Source: a virus
Reading direction: 5' to 3' (one strand)
UHGV virus genome: UHGV-0177389
DNA: 29,218 bases
Shown here: positions 26,063 through 29,218 of the stretch, piece after piece
Layout of the letters: each line of letters opens with the position of its first letter
Numbering within the stretch: the first letter of the stretch is position 1
Translations under genes and position numbers: made by a program
Notes under the pieces: model-generated
Databases searched by the model: none
What the model was told of the DNA's origin: nothing
What the model saw: the letters and a program-made list of their open reading frames with translations, nothing else

Positions 26063-26880
26063 AACCGGGAATTTATTTCGACATCAGCAACGAAGACTAC
26101 CACGCCGGTGACGGCGTGAGTAAGTCGCAACTGGACATGGTTGCCAAGAATCCGGCGCTTCTTAAATGGGTTCAGGCAGCACCAGAAGACGAAGAGAAAA
26201 AGTCTGCACTGGATATGGGAACCGCATTGCACTGTCTGCTTCTGGAGCCTGGAGAGTTCGACAAACGCTTCATTGTTTCACCGAAATTCGATCGTCGGAC
26301 GAAACAAGGTAAAGCTGACGAAGAGGAATTTCTTCGTGATGTGGCGGATATGGGGATTACGGTACTTGATGCCGAGCAGTGGCGGAAACTGGAGCTGATG
26401 CGTGATAGCGCAATGGCTCACCCGGCGGCACGCTGGATGCTGGAAGCACCTGGTTACTGCGAAGCATCAATGTACTGGAACGATGAAGAGACGGGGGAGT
26501 TGTGCCGAATTCGTCCAGACAAATGGCTGAACGAGCACAACGTGATCGTCGACGTGAAAAAGGTTGCAGATATGGACCGTTTTGCACGCCACATCGAGGA
26601 ATTCCGCTACCACGTGCAGGACGCAATGTACCGCGAAGGCGCAATGAGGGTTACTGGTCAGCCGCATGGTTTTTTCTTTCTTGCCGTGAGCGAAAGCATT
26701 GATTGTGGTCGGTATCCGGTACGCGTGTTCGAGCTGGATGCGCAGGATGTCGATGCCGGGCACGCTCTGTTCCGCCGGGATCTGAATACCTATCACGAAT
26801 GCCGCATCAATGATGAATGGGGCGGTGTGGAAATCATTAAACGCCCTGAGTGGGCACGCAAACAGGATATGTACATATGA
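26059..26880 (+). CDS. RecE-type PD-(D/E)xK exonuclease (273 aa), probable
   Basis: ORF track; candidate motifs VDVKK and QDAMYREG (QxxxY); immediately upstream of and overlapping the RecT-like gene. Confidence 0.55.
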   Translation: MKPGIYFDISNEDYHAGDGVSKSQLDMVAKNPALLKWVQAAPEDEEKKSALDMGTALHCLLLEPGEFDKRFIVSPKFDRRTKQGKADEEEFLRDVADMGITVLDAEQWRKLELMRDSAMAHPAARWMLEAPGYCEASMYWNDEETGELCRIRPDKWLNEHNVIVDVKKVADMDRFARHIEEFRYHVQDAMYREGAMRVTGQPHGFFFLAVSESIDCGRYPVRVFELDAQDVDAGHALFRRDLNTYHECRINDEWGGVEIIKRPEWARKQDMYI

Positions 26881-27818
26881 GCAACGACATCGCAAACATC
26901 AACGCACCAGTAGACACAGCAATCGCTGGAACTGCTGCAACTATTTTCAGCCCAGACGGCTTGAACCAACTGATGAAATTCGCCGAGGTAATGGCGCAAA
27001 GCCGCGTAACGGTACCGGCGCACCTCGCCGGGAAACCAGCTGATTGCATGGCCGTGGCAATGCAGGCTGCGCAGTGGGGAATGAACCCGTTTGCCGTGGC
27101 TCAGAAAACCCATGTTGTGAACGGCACGCTAGGTTATGAAGCCCAATTAGTAAACGCAGTTATCTCAACGATGTCGCCAACAAAAGATCGCATCAACTAC
27201 GAGTGGTTCGGGCCGTGGGAACGCGTGATCGGTAAGTTTGTTGAGAAAACATCCAAAAACGGCAATCCATATATCGCACCAGGCTGGACTCTAAAAGACG
27301 AAGAAGGCTGCGGTGTTCGCGTATGGGCAACCATGAAGGGCGAGGATCAACCTCGAGTGCTTGAGTTAATGCTGTCTCAAGCACAGGTAAGAAACTCCAC
27401 ACTTTGGGCCAGTGATCCGAAACAACAACTCGCATACCTTGCGACAAAACGCTGGTCTCGCCTGCACTGTCCTGACGTAATCATGGGCGTCTACACCCCA
27501 GACGAATTACAGGAAACGGCACCGCGCGTTGAGCGAGACATTACTCCGCAAACGACCACTGCTGCGGGAATGAACAGTCTGATCAACGCTAAACCAGCGA
27601 AAAAGCCTGATGAGCAAACGCGTAAATCGGACAGCCGTGATCCAGAAGAAATGCTGATGGCCTTTACCAGCGCAGCGATGAATTACAGCACTGTCTCCGA
27701 ACTGGATAAGGCTTACAAATACATTGCACAAAAACTTTCAGATGATGACGAACTGCTGGCAAAAGCCACCGACGTTTACAGCGTTCGTCGGGAAGAATTA
27801 AACGAAACATCTATGTAA
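26877..27818 (+). CDS. RecT/Red-beta family single-strand annealing protein, probable
   Basis: ORF track 26850..27818 trimmed to ATG at 26877 (ATGA overlap with the exonuclease stop); segment AQWGMNPF resembles recalled lambda Bet QYGLNPW. Confidence 0.6.
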   Translation: MSNDIANINAPVDTAIAGTAATIFSPDGLNQLMKFAEVMAQSRVTVPAHLAGKPADCMAVAMQAAQWGMNPFAVAQKTHVVNGTLGYEAQLVNAVISTMSPTKDRINYEWFGPWERVIGKFVEKTSKNGNPYIAPGWTLKDEEGCGVRVWATMKGEDQPRVLELMLSQAQVRNSTLWASDPKQQLAYLATKRWSRLHCPDVIMGVYTPDELQETAPRVERDITPQTTTAAGMNSLINAKPAKKPDEQTRKSDSRDPEEMLMAFTSAAMNYSTVSELDKAYKYIAQKLSDDDELLAKATDVYSVRREELNETSM

Positions 27819-27826
27819 CCACCACC

Positions 27827-27845
27827 GCGGCGCCACGCGCGCCGC
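27827..27845. other. GC-rich hairpin (GCGGCGC/GCGCCGC) between the RecT-like and AlpA-like genes, no U-tract
   Basis: 7-bp inverted repeat seen in sequence; not followed by a T run. Confidence 0.3.
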
Positions 27846-27867
27846 ACTGCAACCAAGAGAGGTATTT

Positions 27868-28116
27868 ATGAAAGGTGCATTAGGTAAGAAGGAACTCCTG
27901 GCGGTGGTTCCACTGTCATGGAGCACTATCGACCGTATGGAGCGCGCAGGGGAATTTCCTAAACGCTGGTATATCACCGATAAACGCTGCGCATGGAACC
28001 GTGATGAAGTTGAGCGTTGGCTTGATGAACGTCAGGCAGCAAGCCCGGCAGAGTTCCAGGGTAAAAAACCTCCTGTTCAGCAACGTGTATATCGTCCCGT
28101 GAGCAACGCGGCATGA
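27868..28116 (+). CDS. AlpA-family HTH regulator / excisionase-like protein (82 aa)
   Basis: ORF track; AGAGAGG RBS; segment LSWSTIDRMERAGEFPK...WNRDEVERWL fits the recalled AlpA pattern. Confidence 0.6.
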   Translation: MKGALGKKELLAVVPLSWSTIDRMERAGEFPKRWYITDKRCAWNRDEVERWLDERQAASPAEFQGKKPPVQQRVYRPVSNAA

Positions 28117-28225
28117 GTGTGCTGCTAAGGCACTGGAGCAAATGGTCAGGATGGTACTTATTCCTGGCCTCTGTTTCAGCATGGCTTTATCTGCTGGCAT
28201 TAATTTTCAGAGAGGGTTGGATTAA

Positions 28226-28525
28226 GTGAGAAAGTTAAGCCGACTTGAAAAATATCACATGAACAAGGTTTCAATGCGCAGTCCGTCAAAGATTGTCGCC
28301 GTTACTCCTGCGGCGATAGAGATCGAAAAACGCGCGATTGAAAGAGAGAAAAAAGGGCAGTTCCGCATTGCCGCTCACCTTTGGCTTCAGTGTATGGATG
28401 TTGCTTCTGGTGATGTTGAGCGTGCAAGGATCGCGGTTCGCAGGGACCAATGTATCACAAAAGGTAACGGCCTTCGCCGTGGCGACTATAGCGGCATAGG
28501 ATGTTGTGGGGTGGTTTATGACTAA
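28226..28525 (+). CDS. ANR-family-like small regulator (99 aa), tentative
   Basis: ORF track (GTG start with GAGGG 9 nt upstream); segment FRIAAHLWLQCMDVA...RARIAVRRDQC resembles the recalled ANR pattern. Confidence 0.4.
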   Translation: MRKLSRLEKYHMNKVSMRSPSKIVAVTPAAIEIEKRAIEREKKGQFRIAAHLWLQCMDVASGDVERARIAVRRDQCITKGNGLRRGDYSGIGCCGVVYD

Positions 28526-29168
28526 GAAATACACACTAATCTATGCAGATCCACCCTGGGTATACCGGGACAAAGCCGCAGATGGTAATCGCGGTGCCGG
28601 TTTTAAATATCCGGTTATGAGTGTGCTGGATATCTGCCGCCTTCCTGTGTGGGATTTGGCCGATGAAAACTGTCTGTTGGCCATGTGGTGGGTGCCAACA
28701 CAACCACTCGAAGCACTAAAAGTTGTTGAGGCCTGGGGATTCCGTCTGATGACCATGAAGGGATTCACGTGGATAAAATGTGGTAGTCGACAACCAGATA
28801 AACTGGTTATGGGTATGGGTCACATGACTCGCGCCAATAGTGAAGATTGCCTGTTTGCAGTAAAGGGAAAACTACCTACGCGCATTAATGCAGGGATCGT
28901 TCAGTCATTTACCGCACCGCGGCTTGAGCATTCAAGAAAACCAGATATCGTTCGTGAAAAACTTGTGCAATTGTTAGGCGATGTTTCTCGCATTGAACTG
29001 TTCGCCCGCCAGTCGTCTCATGGTTTCGATGTTTGGGGTAATCAGTGCGAAGACCCGGCAGTGCAACTACACCCTGGATACGCGTTGGATATTGCCAGAT
29101 TAACAAATGCATTCAGCAATGCTCCGCTGTCACCAACAGACAACCAGGGGCGGGAGCGTGCAGCATGA
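28518..29168 (+). CDS. MT-A70 family DNA N6-adenine methyltransferase (orphan)
   Basis: ORF track 28506..29168 (GTG) trimmed to ATG at 28518; catalytic DPPW in LIYADPPWVY; no adjacent restriction endonuclease seen. Confidence 0.75.
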   Translation: MTKKYTLIYADPPWVYRDKAADGNRGAGFKYPVMSVLDICRLPVWDLADENCLLAMWWVPTQPLEALKVVEAWGFRLMTMKGFTWIKCGSRQPDKLVMGMGHMTRANSEDCLFAVKGKLPTRINAGIVQSFTAPRLEHSRKPDIVREKLVQLLGDVSRIELFARQSSHGFDVWGNQCEDPAVQLHPGYALDIARLTNAFSNAPLSPTDNQGRERAA

Positions 29169-29218
29169 ACAGGGCATCACCAGCAGATTTAAGGAAATGC
29201 CTTGAAACTGCAAACATG
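29165..29218 (+). CDS. 5-prime end of an unidentified ORF running off the window
   Basis: ATG at 29165 overlaps the methyltransferase stop (ATGA); only 18 codons visible. Confidence 0.25.
   Translation, partial: MNRASPADLRKCLETANM

Noticed and set aside
1-29218. LexA (SOS) boxes of the CTGT-N8-ACAG type
   Set aside because: No convincing match found on manual scan, so no SOS-controlled antirepressor is claimed within this window

Overview
This window looks like the central ~29 kb of a temperate, lambdoid-regulated prophage of an enterobacterial host, with the genome map running right-to-left. All calls are by eye from motifs, gene order and recalled similarity; no database search was run. 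Coordinates of non-ORF features were hand-counted and may be off by 1-2 nt. Minus strand, in transcription order: cro-like gene (24485-24715), zinc-ribbon ORF, lambda O-like and P-like replication genes with an iteron origin inside O, an accessory block (22403 down to 18635), terminase small and large subunits, portal, scaffold, major capsid, then a T7-like tail and internal-core module (tail tubular A/B-like, small core proteins, a transglycosylase-containing internal protein, a 1004-aa ejection-type protein). Plus strand: a two-HTH repressor (24870-25454), then a leftward-type early operon with RecE-like exonuclease, RecT-like annealase, AlpA-like regulator, ANR-like protein and an MT-A70 adenine methyltransferase. 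A plus-strand tRNA-Arg(UCU) with a downstream 123-aa ORF sits between portal and terminase. The most notable feature is a 15-bp palindrome TTACC-N5-GGTAA found at about 9 sites, always next to promoter-like elements, including sites inside the early-right operon and in the morphogenesis region. No Q-like antiterminator, lysis cassette, integrase, CRISPR array or identifiable defence system was recognised; candidates of unknown function are flagged in the findings.
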